Below, piece by piece: positions 1 through 8,452 of a stretch of DNA of 64,000 bases. The position numbers and the translations under genes were made by a program. The stretch comes from Candidatus Omnitrophota bacterium. Lineage in GTDB: Bacteria; Omnitrophota; Gorgyraeia; Zapsychrales; JANLHA01. Location: the NCBI GenBank assembly GCA_022711395.1, contig JAKLFA010000002.1, positions 451,864 through 515,863 on the forward strand, read 5' to 3'. Within the stretch, counting starts at the first letter, position 1. Every line of letters begins with the position of its first letter. Below the pieces are notes generated by a model. That model saw only the letters and a program-made list of their open reading frames with translations, ran no database searches and was not told the origin of the DNA.

Positions 1-803
1 CGGATGCCTTTTAAGCTGCCGCTCTCAAGGCCCTGGCGGCTGAGCGGCTGCCAGCGCTCGCCCGCGTCAAGGCTTTGAAAGGCCCCGGAAGCGGCCGCAA
101 CGACCAACCGCTCGCCGGAGATGTCAGCATCAAAGGCCTGAAGTTTGCGTTCAAGAACATATTCTTCGCTCTCTTCGCCGTAAGACGCCTCCTGGGAGAT
201 CCCTCCATCAAAGACCTTATCAAGCCTTTGCGTTTCAAGCTCAAGGCGGTAGAGCTCATGATCCGTGGAGAAATACACATACCGGCCAGCCGGCTTGATC
301 TTAAAAACCGGCGCTGCGGATCTCATCCCTTTCAGGCGATGCCAGATCCGCCCCTCGTCAGAACTATAAAGGACCCCTTGATCATCCGCCGCGTAAAGCG
401 TGCCGTTGGCCAGGGCCATATCGCGGCAGGGGCCCTCCTCTTTGCCGCAGCCCGAAAAGACCTTTCGCGCCTGAGCCTGTTGCGGGTCGATCACATAAAG
501 CCCGTCCTCCGCCGCGGCAAGGACCACTGCGCCTTCAGCCTGGACGGAAAGGACGTCCCCGCGGCCCGCTAAAAAAAATGAGGGCCGTTCAAAACGGCCC
601 TCATGATCATATCTTCGAATTTCTCCAGGAAGTCCCAGCCAGATCCGCCGGCCCCCATCATCAAAACTTAATTCCGTGATCCTTTGCGGCTGGTCCTCCA
701 GCTGCAGCGGCTTCCATAAGTATTGGTCCATCGCCCACCCGGCCTTTACGATTAAAATCCACGCCACCATAACGCAGCCGCCCGTCCATCGCTTCCTTTT
801 CAT
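1..803 (-). CDS. Secreted BNR/Asp-box (Ycf48-like) repeat protein, C-terminus truncated by the window edge
   Basis: Manual reverse-strand translation from the ATG at 803-801 (GGGAGAGAG SD upstream) reads without stops to position 1. N-terminal hydrophobic signal-like segment. Repeats such as 'LYSSDEGRIWHRL' and 'VYFSTDHELYRL'. Absent from the ORF track only because it has no stop inside the window. Confidence 0.5.
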   Translation of the reverse strand, partial: MKRKRWTGGCVMVAWILIVKAGWAMDQYLWKPLQLEDQPQRITELSFDDGGRRIWLGLPGEIRRYDHEGRFERPSFFLAGRGDVLSVQAEGAVVLAAAEDGLYVIDPQQAQARKVFSGCGKEEGPCRDMALANGTLYAADDQGVLYSSDEGRIWHRLKGMRSAAPVFKIKPAGRYVYFSTDHELYRLELETQRLDKVFDGGISQEASYGEESEEYVLERKLQAFDADISGERLVVAAASGAFQSLDAGERWQPLSRQGLESGSLKGI

Positions 804-1002
804 CGCTCTCTCCCGTCAGACATTTAACCGATACGCCATGTGATTTCTTTCAGAATACGTAAAGCATAACATGGTTTTGTTTTTTTGTCAAATATTTTGT
901 TGAGAAAAAAACAATTTTTTTGATAAAATTAACCATTTTATAGAAATATTTATAAAAATAGTTATATTTTTTAAACAAAATTTACTAAAAATCAAAAATA
1001 AA

Positions 1003-1032
1003 TTGACAGTGCATCAAAAATCATGCTAATCT
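1003..1032 (+). promoter_or_regulatory. Putative sigma70-like promoter (TTGACA, 17-18 nt spacer, TAATCT) in the AT-rich leader upstream of fabD
   Basis: TTGACA at 1003-1008 and TAATCT near 1027-1032, about 60 nt upstream of the fabD ATG. Inference from sequence only. Confidence 0.3.
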
Positions 1033-1090
1033 TACAGCATAGTTTTTTTATCAATCATATTCATAGCCGTATCATGAAAGGACTTTGTGG

Positions 1091-1999
1091 ATGTCAAAAA
1101 CAGCATTTATTTTTCCGGGGCAGGGCGCCCAATACGTCGGGATGGGCAAAGATCTTTACGAAACGTTCGAAACAGCCAAACAGATCATTGACCAGGCTGA
1201 TCATATTTTGGGAAACGGGCTTAAAGGCGTGATGTTCGAAGGCCCCGAAGAAAAACTCACACAGACCTCATACTGCCAGCCGGCGATCCTCTCGGTGAGC
1301 TATGCGGCAATGACCGTTTATCTGCAGAAATATCCGCAAAGCGCCCCCTCCTTCGTGGCGGGCTTAAGCCTGGGAGAATATTCGGCGCTCGCGGCGAGCG
1401 GCGCGCTTGAGTTCAGCGATACGATCAGGCTCGTCGAGCGGCGCGGCGCCTTTATGAACGAGGCCGCCCAGCTTAAAAAGGGCGCCATGGCCGCTGTGAT
1501 CGGGATGGAACCCCAGGCGATCAAGACAGTCTGCGACGGCTGCGGGGCCGAGGTTGCTAATTTTAACGCGCCGGACCAGACCGTCATCACCGGCGAAGCG
1601 GAGAAGGTCGCGGCCGCTTCCGCGAAGCTCACGGAAGCCGGCGCCAAACGGGTCATCCCCCTTTCGGTCAGCGGAGCGTTCCACTCCTCCCTGATGCAGC
1701 CGGCAGCGGACCGCTTCCAATCGGTCCTGGCAGAAACCCATTTTAAAACCGCGAAGGTCCCTTTGGTCTCTAACGTCGATGCCTCCCCCTGCACGGACCC
1801 GCAACAGATGCGCATCAAGCTGGAAAAACAGATCGTTTCTTCCGTTCAATGGATCAAGACGATCGAATTCATGGCCGGCCAAGGTGTAACAAAATTTATC
1901 GAGATCGGACCGGGAAAAGTCCTCAAAGGCCTCATCCGTAAGATCAACAAAGACCTTGAGGTCATTAATATAGAGAAGGCGGAAGACTTGCTCAAATAA
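1091..1999 (+). CDS. fabD: Malonyl-CoA:ACP transacylase
   Basis: FIFPGQGAQYVGMG and GLSLGEYSALAASG (GHSLGE nucleophile elbow) motifs. AAAGGA SD 9 nt before the ATG at 1091 (the track's TTG at 1085 is probably too far upstream). Confidence 0.9.
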   Translation: MSKTAFIFPGQGAQYVGMGKDLYETFETAKQIIDQADHILGNGLKGVMFEGPEEKLTQTSYCQPAILSVSYAAMTVYLQKYPQSAPSFVAGLSLGEYSALAASGALEFSDTIRLVERRGAFMNEAAQLKKGAMAAVIGMEPQAIKTVCDGCGAEVANFNAPDQTVITGEAEKVAAASAKLTEAGAKRVIPLSVSGAFHSSLMQPAADRFQSVLAETHFKTAKVPLVSNVDASPCTDPQQMRIKLEKQIVSSVQWIKTIEFMAGQGVTKFIEIGPGKVLKGLIRKINKDLEVINIEKAEDLLK

Positions 2000-2017
2000 C
2001 CGACACGAGGATCGACC

Positions 2018-2575
2018 ATGCTGATCGGAAAAAAAGTCCATGAGTTGCGCAAAGCCCGAAAGATGAGCCTGACCGAGCTCGCTGAAAAGACCGGTATCCA
2101 GATCGCGACCTTAAGCCGCATCGAGCACATGAAAATGACCGGCACCCTTCAGTCCCACATGCTGATCGCAAAAGCGTTAGGGATCGAGCTGACCGACCTC
2201 TACCGCGACCTGCCGGGCGCTTCGGCTTTCTCTGAGGCGGAACCCGCTGATGATACTCCCGAGACCGAACGTTTCACCTACAATGACAAGGCCTCCTATG
2301 AGATCCTGGCCAACAATATCCTTTCCAAAAAAATGATGCCCGTGATGCTCAAGATCGAACCCGGCGGGGAGACCCACACGGAACAAAACCAGCCAAGCTC
2401 GGAACGGTTTGTCCTTGTTCTTAACGGAGCCATTGAACTTGTTTTGAAAGATAAAACGATCACATTAAGAAAGAACCACTCGCTGTATTTTGACGCGTCG
2501 TTCCCCCATTCGTTCAAAAACACTGGGGCTGAAACCGCGCGGGTGCTCTCGGTGGCGACACCGGTCACGCTTTAA
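2018..2575 (+). CDS. XRE-family HTH transcriptional regulator with C-terminal cupin domain
   Basis: N-terminal 'LRKARKMSLTELAEKTGIQIATLSRIE' HTH_3 motif and a C-terminal cupin-like beta-rich region. GAGGA SD precedes the ATG. Confidence 0.75.
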   Translation: MLIGKKVHELRKARKMSLTELAEKTGIQIATLSRIEHMKMTGTLQSHMLIAKALGIELTDLYRDLPGASAFSEAEPADDTPETERFTYNDKASYEILANNILSKKMMPVMLKIEPGGETHTEQNQPSSERFVLVLNGAIELVLKDKTITLRKNHSLYFDASFPHSFKNTGAETARVLSVATPVTL

Positions 2576-2590
2576 ATGAAAGGATCTGTC

Positions 2591-2947
2591 ATGACCAAAA
2601 TACTGATCTGTGATGATGAATTGGGAGTGCGCGAATCATTAAAGTTGATCCTGGGGGATTTCTATCCCCTGATCGTGGTGGATAACGGCGAGGCCGCCCT
2701 GGAAGTCCTGAAGAACACGCCTTCGATCAGCCTTGTTTTTATGGATATCAAAATGCCCAAGACCCCGGGGCTTGACGTCCTGGCGAAGATCAAACAACTT
2801 CACCCTCATGTGAAAGTGGTGATCGTTTCCGGCTACAACTCGGTGGAGACCGCCCAGGAGGCCAGCAAGCTGGGCGCTGACGGCTATATCGTTAAGCCCT
2901 TTGACTCAAAAGACGTGCTGGAAAGAGCAAGGAAATATATAAAATAA
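2591..2947 (+). CDS. Single-domain response regulator receiver (CheY-like)
   Basis: 'KILICDDE...LVFMDIKMP...VVIVSGY...GADGYIVKPF' REC signature. AAAGGA SD precedes the ATG at 2591 (the track starts at 2576). Confidence 0.8.
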   Translation: MTKILICDDELGVRESLKLILGDFYPLIVVDNGEAALEVLKNTPSISLVFMDIKMPKTPGLDVLAKIKQLHPHVKVVIVSGYNSVETAQEASKLGADGYIVKPFDSKDVLERARKYIK

Positions 2948-2950
2948 CAT

Positions 2951-4558
2951 ATGGTTATGAACTTAAATCCATTCGCGATTTCAAACCTCATTACAATTGC
3001 CTGTTCGCTCCCCATCGCGGTAATTATTTTTTTATCAAACGAAAAATCGAAACCAGTCTTATACTTCGGCCTCCACTCCTTTTCGATCTTCTGGTGGGGC
3101 TTATTTGCTTTTTTGTCATCGACAGCACCTGATGGATCATCCGCACTAACTCTGCTAAAAGCCGCCTATGCAGGAGTGTTATTTATACCCATCTTTTTTC
3201 TACATTCAATAATCCAAGTATACAACTTTTGGAACAAAATTCTTCTTTGGCTTGGCTATACACAGGCCTCTGTTTTTCTTTTTCTTACAATCAATAATGT
3301 TCTGTTTACACACATTATATCGTCTTTTAATGGCTACTATTACTGTCCAACAAATATTTTTTATCTAATTTCATTTATAATATGGCTCGCTTTTGCAAGC
3401 ATTGCCTTAGTGAAGCTTGTAAGCAATGTTCTCATACCTTACAATCCAAAAGAGTTCGCATACATTCTTGCTGCCATAATAGCCTATTTGAGTGCGGTAA
3501 CAAACTTTCTTCCCACTCTTGGGTTAGAAATTTTTCCTTGGGGGAATTTCTTAATCGGTCCTGGCAATATAATTATGGCCTATTGGATTTTAAAATATCA
3601 ATCTATGAGTTACCGAATTGTGATTCAAAAAAGCCTCATTTATACCTTGTTGATATCAATTACCACCATTGCTTACCTAATCACTGTAATTTTTCTTGAA
3701 AGAATCTCTTCATCAATTCTAAATTATACATCCTTGACTATTACAATTCTTACTGCGTTTATAATCGGTCTTTGTTTTCTCCCGCTAAAAGAAATCCTTC
3801 AAAAATTTATCGATAAATCTATCTTAACCGGAACACCAGCGGAACTGGCCGATCAAAACCGTATCCTAAAGGAAGAAGCAGCCAGAGCGCAGCGGCTCGA
3901 GGCGGTTTCCATCCTTGCCAGCGGGCTGGCCCATGAGATCCGAAATCCTTTGACCGCTATAAAGACGTTCGCCGAATATCTTCCGGAAAAAATGAACGAC
4001 CCGAAATTCCTGAAGCAATTTTCCACGATCGTGGGTCAGGAATCGGAGCGCATCAACACCCTGGTCCAGCAACTTCTGGATTTTGCCAAGCCTTCTGCCC
4101 CGGCCTTTCAAAAGTGCGATATCCGAAAGATCATCAACGAAACACTGGATTTTCTAAGCAGCCGCTTCATTCAATCGCACATCACCCTCAACAATTATGT
4201 TTCAAAAACCACCCCGGTCTGGCTGCGGATCGATCCGAATCAAGTCCGCCAGGCCTTTCTCAACATTTTCATCAATGCGATCGAGGCCATGCCGGACGGC
4301 GGCAGCTTGACGATCCAGGATGAATTCGCTGAAAACTCATCCTACCGGATCGCCATTTCCGATACCGGCCACGGAATAAACGACGACGACCTCAAGCACC
4401 TGTTCAACCCGTTCTACAGCAAAAAAGACGGCGGGACCGGGCTGGGGCTATCGATCACGCATAACATCATTAAAGAACACCAAGGCAGGATCCTTGTGGC
4501 AAGCGTTCCGGGGAAAGGGACAACATTTACGATCGAACTGCCCAAAACCATAGCGTAA
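2951..4558 (+). CDS. Sensor histidine kinase with N-terminal multi-TM (HisKA_7TM-like) domain
   Basis: About 270 aa of TM helices, then HisKA 'LASGLAHEIRNPLTAI' and HATPase_c 'GTGLGLSITHNIIKEHQGRILVASVPGKGTTFTIELP'. Confidence 0.85.
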   Translation: MVMNLNPFAISNLITIACSLPIAVIIFLSNEKSKPVLYFGLHSFSIFWWGLFAFLSSTAPDGSSALTLLKAAYAGVLFIPIFFLHSIIQVYNFWNKILLWLGYTQASVFLFLTINNVLFTHIISSFNGYYYCPTNIFYLISFIIWLAFASIALVKLVSNVLIPYNPKEFAYILAAIIAYLSAVTNFLPTLGLEIFPWGNFLIGPGNIIMAYWILKYQSMSYRIVIQKSLIYTLLISITTIAYLITVIFLERISSSILNYTSLTITILTAFIIGLCFLPLKEILQKFIDKSILTGTPAELADQNRILKEEAARAQRLEAVSILASGLAHEIRNPLTAIKTFAEYLPEKMNDPKFLKQFSTIVGQESERINTLVQQLLDFAKPSAPAFQKCDIRKIINETLDFLSSRFIQSHITLNNYVSKTTPVWLRIDPNQVRQAFLNIFINAIEAMPDGGSLTIQDEFAENSSYRIAISDTGHGINDDDLKHLFNPFYSKKDGGTGLGLSITHNIIKEHQGRILVASVPGKGTTFTIELPKTIA

Positions 4559-4577
4559 AAAATCTTCGCTTTACGCG
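4552..4577. terminator. Weak putative bidirectional hairpin between convergent genes (GCGTAAA...TTTACGC)
   Basis: 7-bp AT-rich inverted repeat spanning the HK stop codon, followed by a T-rich tract. Low stability. Confidence 0.25.
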
Positions 4578-4583
4578 CTTATT

Positions 4584-5831
4584 TTATTCTTCTCTTTTTA
4601 TGTCTTCGCGCTTAACGATCTCAACGATCCCTCCGGCCTTAAAGACGCATTCCAACGCGTCCACCACTTCCGGATGGAACTGCGTTTCCCGGTTACGGAC
4701 GATCTCCTCCATCGCCTGCTGTGGAGTTCGGGACGGCCGGTATGGCCGTTGAGTGACGATCGAATCGAAGGTGTCCGCGACCGCGATGATCGCGGCAATG
4801 ATCGGGATCTCTTCCCCCTTCAACCCGTCGGGGTAGCCCTTTCCGTCATGACGCTCGTGATGATATCGGATCCCGGCCATGCTGCGCTCAAGTTCTGAAA
4901 GCGGCTTTAAGATCGCGACCCCGTCGACCGGATGGCGCTTGACCAGCGCGTATTCTTCAGGCGTCAGGCGCCCGGGCTTGTTCAGGATCGATTCAGGGAC
5001 ACCGATCTTTCCGATATCATGCAGGGTCCCTGCGACATAAAGGTCTTCCATGAACTTTTCATCAAAATGGTATTTCCCGCTTTTGTTCATTTCCTGGGCG
5101 ATCGCCAGGGCATAGCGGGTAACCCCTTCGCTGTGGCCCCTGGTATACTCATCCTTGACTTCGATGGCCGCGCCCAAAGACATGGTCATGCGCAAGAACA
5201 GGTCGTGATTATGCTCGGCCTGGCTCCTGAGCTGGTCAAACAGCTGCGCGTTGCGAAGGGCCATGGCCGTGTCCGAGGCCAGCGCGCCGAAAAAGCTCAG
5301 TTCCTCGGAATCGAATTTTTCACTGCTTTGTTTTTCACCCAATAGAAGCACCGCCAGCAGTTTATCATGATAGATCGCCGGCACACAGGCGACAACGCCT
5401 AAAAGGTCCATCTGGTCGCTGACCTGATGCAGGATCTCTCGCACCTGAGGATCGCATCCATGGCCGTTCAAGAGCCCTTCCTGCCAGATCATTTTGTTCA
5501 TATCATGCCAGAGGATCGCGTGCTTGCTTTGAAAGAGCGGGCGGAACTTCACGTCGCTGAATACTTTTATGATCGGGCTTGAATGGTTAAAGCGCGCGAA
5601 CCCCTGCGGAATGCGATGCCCGGTCTGGCCTTTTGAGATCGCCAAAAGATACTCATTCTTTTCCGGCGAATAAATGATCATGCCGGCGTGCCTGAGCTTA
5701 AGCCGATAGACGATCATGCGGATGATCATCTTGATCAGAAGCTGCGGGTCATGGACCAGGATCATCCCGCGGCTGGCAGCCTCGAGCGCTTCTTTATAGT
5801 CCAGTTTCTTTGAAAAATTCGGTGTTTTCAA
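4584..5831 (-). CDS. HD-GYP c-di-GMP phosphodiesterase with N-terminal GAF-like domain
   Basis: 'HDIGKIGVPESILNKPGRLTPEEYALVKRHP' and 'HHERHDGKGYPDGL' HD-GYP signature. Confidence 0.85.
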   Translation of the reverse strand: MKTPNFSKKLDYKEALEAASRGMILVHDPQLLIKMIIRMIVYRLKLRHAGMIIYSPEKNEYLLAISKGQTGHRIPQGFARFNHSSPIIKVFSDVKFRPLFQSKHAILWHDMNKMIWQEGLLNGHGCDPQVREILHQVSDQMDLLGVVACVPAIYHDKLLAVLLLGEKQSSEKFDSEELSFFGALASDTAMALRNAQLFDQLRSQAEHNHDLFLRMTMSLGAAIEVKDEYTRGHSEGVTRYALAIAQEMNKSGKYHFDEKFMEDLYVAGTLHDIGKIGVPESILNKPGRLTPEEYALVKRHPVDGVAILKPLSELERSMAGIRYHHERHDGKGYPDGLKGEEIPIIAAIIAVADTFDSIVTQRPYRPSRTPQQAMEEIVRNRETQFHPEVVDALECVFKAGGIVEIVKREDIKREE

Positions 5832-5838
5832 GAGTCCG

Positions 5839-6219
5839 TCAAGCCCCCTGCTTTAGCTCTTTCATCACGATCTTCTGCAGCTCCTCAAGGACGAGCGGCT
5901 TGTGAATAAAACCGATGATCCCCAGGCTCCTGGCCTGGTTGATCGTCTCCTCATCTTCAATGCCGCTGACCATGATGACCTTGGTCGGGTCGCCTTCTCC
6001 CCGCATTTTCTGCAGAAACTCCACCCCGGTCATTTCCTCCATGCGGACATCCAAAAGGATCAGGTCAGGGCGCTCTTCCTTCAGAATGTCCAGCGCCTCG
6101 CTGCCGCCGGACGCCGTGAAGACCTGGATCCCCCTTTTTTTAAAATAATTACGGGCGAACTCCCGGATGTCGATCTCATCATCCACGATCAATAACTTGG
6201 ACATTTTCATCCTTTCCAT
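5839..6219 (-). CDS. Single-domain response regulator receiver
   Basis: 'LLIVDDEIDIRE...LILLDVRMEEMTGVEF...VIMVSG...FIHKP' REC motifs. Sits immediately downstream of the HK, with its start codon abutting the HK stop. Confidence 0.8.
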   Translation of the reverse strand: MERMKMSKLLIVDDEIDIREFARNYFKKRGIQVFTASGGSEALDILKEERPDLILLDVRMEEMTGVEFLQKMRGEGDPTKVIMVSGIEDEETINQARSLGIIGFIHKPLVLEELQKIVMKELKQGA

Positions 6220-8439
6220 TTACGCTTGACGCTCTACGCTTTGTATCATATCCTGGTCCAGACCTTCCACCGTCGGAAGAGTAATATAAACACGCGTCCC
6301 TTTGCCGTATTCCGATTTATAAAAAACCTTTCCCTTATGGTTCTCTTCGATCAATTTCTGGATCACATAAAGGCCAAGCCCGGTCCCTTTTTTACTGGAA
6401 AGCTTGGTCGTAAAAAACGGCGTGAAGATCTTTTCCTGGTCTTCAGCCCTGATCCCGATCCCGTTATCTTCCAGCACAATGCGCATGCTGCCCATGCGCG
6501 ACCGTTCAGCCTTGATGGTGATCCGGGGCTCATACCCCTCCTCCTTGAGGTCGCTTTTACGCTGCATCATGGCGTCATAAGCGTTATCGATCATATTAAA
6601 GAACACTTCCTGAAGCTGGGTGAAATTACCGTGGATCTTAGGAAGCCCCGGCTCAAAATCCCTGACGATCGACATTTCGCCGGTCTTGATCTTGAACTGA
6701 GCCATCGTGACCGCTTCATCAATGAGCTCATCGAGCTCAACCTCCCCGAACTGTTCATCGCTCTTGCGGCTGTATTTCAACAGTCCGCGCACGACCTCCC
6801 CGCCCTGGGAAACATTCTCCTGGATGCGGGTCAGGGCGTGCTCAATATCGACCATCATCTCCTTGACCTCATCGGTCATCTTCAGTTTCTTGTTCAGCTG
6901 GATCGTATCCAGAGCGTCTCCGGCGATAAATCCCAACGCGTGCAGTCGGTTATTGATCTGGTGCGACAGGCCATCAGCCATAATACCGATCGTGGCCATC
7001 TTCTCCGCCCTGAAAAGCTGTTCATGGGTCGCCCGCATGTCCTTATAGAACTGCGCGTTCTCGATCGCCAGCCCCGCCTGGTTTGACAGGATCATAAAAA
7101 CCGCCAGATCATCCTGGCTGTAAAGCTCTCCGCTGACCTTCTTGCCCATGACCATCACCGCGATCAGTTTTTCGTCAATAAAACACGGCACGATCAACTC
7201 CGCGTGAAGCGCGGACATCTGTTCTTCCAACTCCTGCAGCTTAAGATCTTTGAAATCCTGCGCCCGCTGCTGCACCTCTGAAAATACGATCGGAGCGCGG
7301 ATCTTTTTAAGCGCCTTAAGGACGCGAGAGTCGGACGCAATAGTTTGAGGGACATCGGTCCTTTCGTTGCGGAACCGGGACGCCTCTAATTTATACTCTT
7401 TTGATTTTCGGTCGCTTAAATAAATAAAGCTGTGCTCAATGCGCACTGAACGGGTCACCACCCGCACGATCATATCCAGCAGTTTATCCATGTCCTTGAT
7501 CCGGCCCATGCCGGTCGAGGCCTGACGCAGTGTGCTCTGATACCGCCTCTGATCCTGAAACAGCTTCTCTTCCGCCCGGCGCTGGATCGCCAAATAAATA
7601 AACGGCCCTGCCGTTGCCATGACTGTCAAAAGGACCATCGGGGAAAGCCACCACAGTTCACCAAAATGCATCCTCAACCATTCCTGACAGCCGATTGCAA
7701 AAGCGTAGGGGATTCCTAAGATTAGGGAATAAACTGCAACAAAAATTGATGTCCTCGTTATAACCAACGAAACATTCATCAGGCGATATTTAATGACTGA
7801 ATAAAAAGTCATCCCTGTAAATGCAATCATAAATAGAAAACCCATCGGATATAAATCAAATCCATAATTTGGCACAAAATCAACTGCCGCAAATGACCCC
7901 ACGATCGTCCCCCAAAAAATATATCTCGATCGAATAATATGCATATAATGCTTTGTCGAAAAAAAAGATGCCCTAAGAAGAGCAACCGAAATAAGCGTAA
8001 ATAAAAGTGAAAAATAGGATAAAAAGGATATGTGAGGTATTAAATTAACTCTAGGATAATCCCCCCATACGAAAGAATTTAATCCTTTGATTAAAAAGTC
8101 TTGTTTATAGAAATTAAAAAAAACGAAGAAACATGGAAATGGAAGGACCCAATAAAAAAGTCTAGATAAAAACTTGTCTTCCAAAAATTCGCCCGTATAT
8201 AACAACCAAATAATTGGAATAAATGCAATTCCAATATAGCCAACTTTAAACATAAATATCTTAAATATTTCTCCTTCCACAAGAAAAGCAACTGAATAGC
8301 TAAAAAGCCAAACAAATATACAAAAACAAAATAAAAAAAAGATGCGATTCAAACTAACTCGTCTATTTCGAATAAAAATAGTTAAGCCAAAAACAAAAAC
8401 AACAAGTGAGGAAAAAAATAAGGAAAAAGCATGCATCAT
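6220..8439 (-). CDS. Sensor histidine kinase: N-terminal 7TM domain, GAF, HisKA, HATPase_c
   Basis: AT-rich N-terminal multi-TM region paralogous to that of 2951..4558. HisKA 'GLSHQINNRLHAL'. HATPase 'GTGLGLYVIQKLIEENHKGKVFYKSEYGKGTRVYITLP'. Confidence 0.85.
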   Translation of the reverse strand: MMHAFSLFFSSLVVFVFGLTIFIRNRRVSLNRIFFLFCFCIFVWLFSYSVAFLVEGEIFKIFMFKVGYIGIAFIPIIWLLYTGEFLEDKFLSRLFYWVLPFPCFFVFFNFYKQDFLIKGLNSFVWGDYPRVNLIPHISFLSYFSLLFTLISVALLRASFFSTKHYMHIIRSRYIFWGTIVGSFAAVDFVPNYGFDLYPMGFLFMIAFTGMTFYSVIKYRLMNVSLVITRTSIFVAVYSLILGIPYAFAIGCQEWLRMHFGELWWLSPMVLLTVMATAGPFIYLAIQRRAEEKLFQDQRRYQSTLRQASTGMGRIKDMDKLLDMIVRVVTRSVRIEHSFIYLSDRKSKEYKLEASRFRNERTDVPQTIASDSRVLKALKKIRAPIVFSEVQQRAQDFKDLKLQELEEQMSALHAELIVPCFIDEKLIAVMVMGKKVSGELYSQDDLAVFMILSNQAGLAIENAQFYKDMRATHEQLFRAEKMATIGIMADGLSHQINNRLHALGFIAGDALDTIQLNKKLKMTDEVKEMMVDIEHALTRIQENVSQGGEVVRGLLKYSRKSDEQFGEVELDELIDEAVTMAQFKIKTGEMSIVRDFEPGLPKIHGNFTQLQEVFFNMIDNAYDAMMQRKSDLKEEGYEPRITIKAERSRMGSMRIVLEDNGIGIRAEDQEKIFTPFFTTKLSSKKGTGLGLYVIQKLIEENHKGKVFYKSEYGKGTRVYITLPTVEGLDQDMIQSVERQA

Positions 8440-8452
8440 ATAATGAACTTCC

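Noticed and set aside
75-572. Plus-strand 165-aa ORF in the ORF track
   Set aside because: It lies antisense to a continuous, motif-bearing minus-strand reading frame (BNR-repeat protein from the ATG at 803) and has low-complexity, Arg/Leu-rich, GC-frame-artefact composition. It is a spurious shadow ORF.
1318-2145. Minus-strand ORFs overlapping fabD, and similar antisense ORFs elsewhere (6226..7086 +, 19339..20034 +, 45238..46284 +, 11846..12379 +, 12753..13191)
   Set aside because: Each is antisense to a gene with clear family signatures (FabD, HK, RND, GlgP, FabH, PlsX). High-GC DNA gives long open antisense frames. No independent support.
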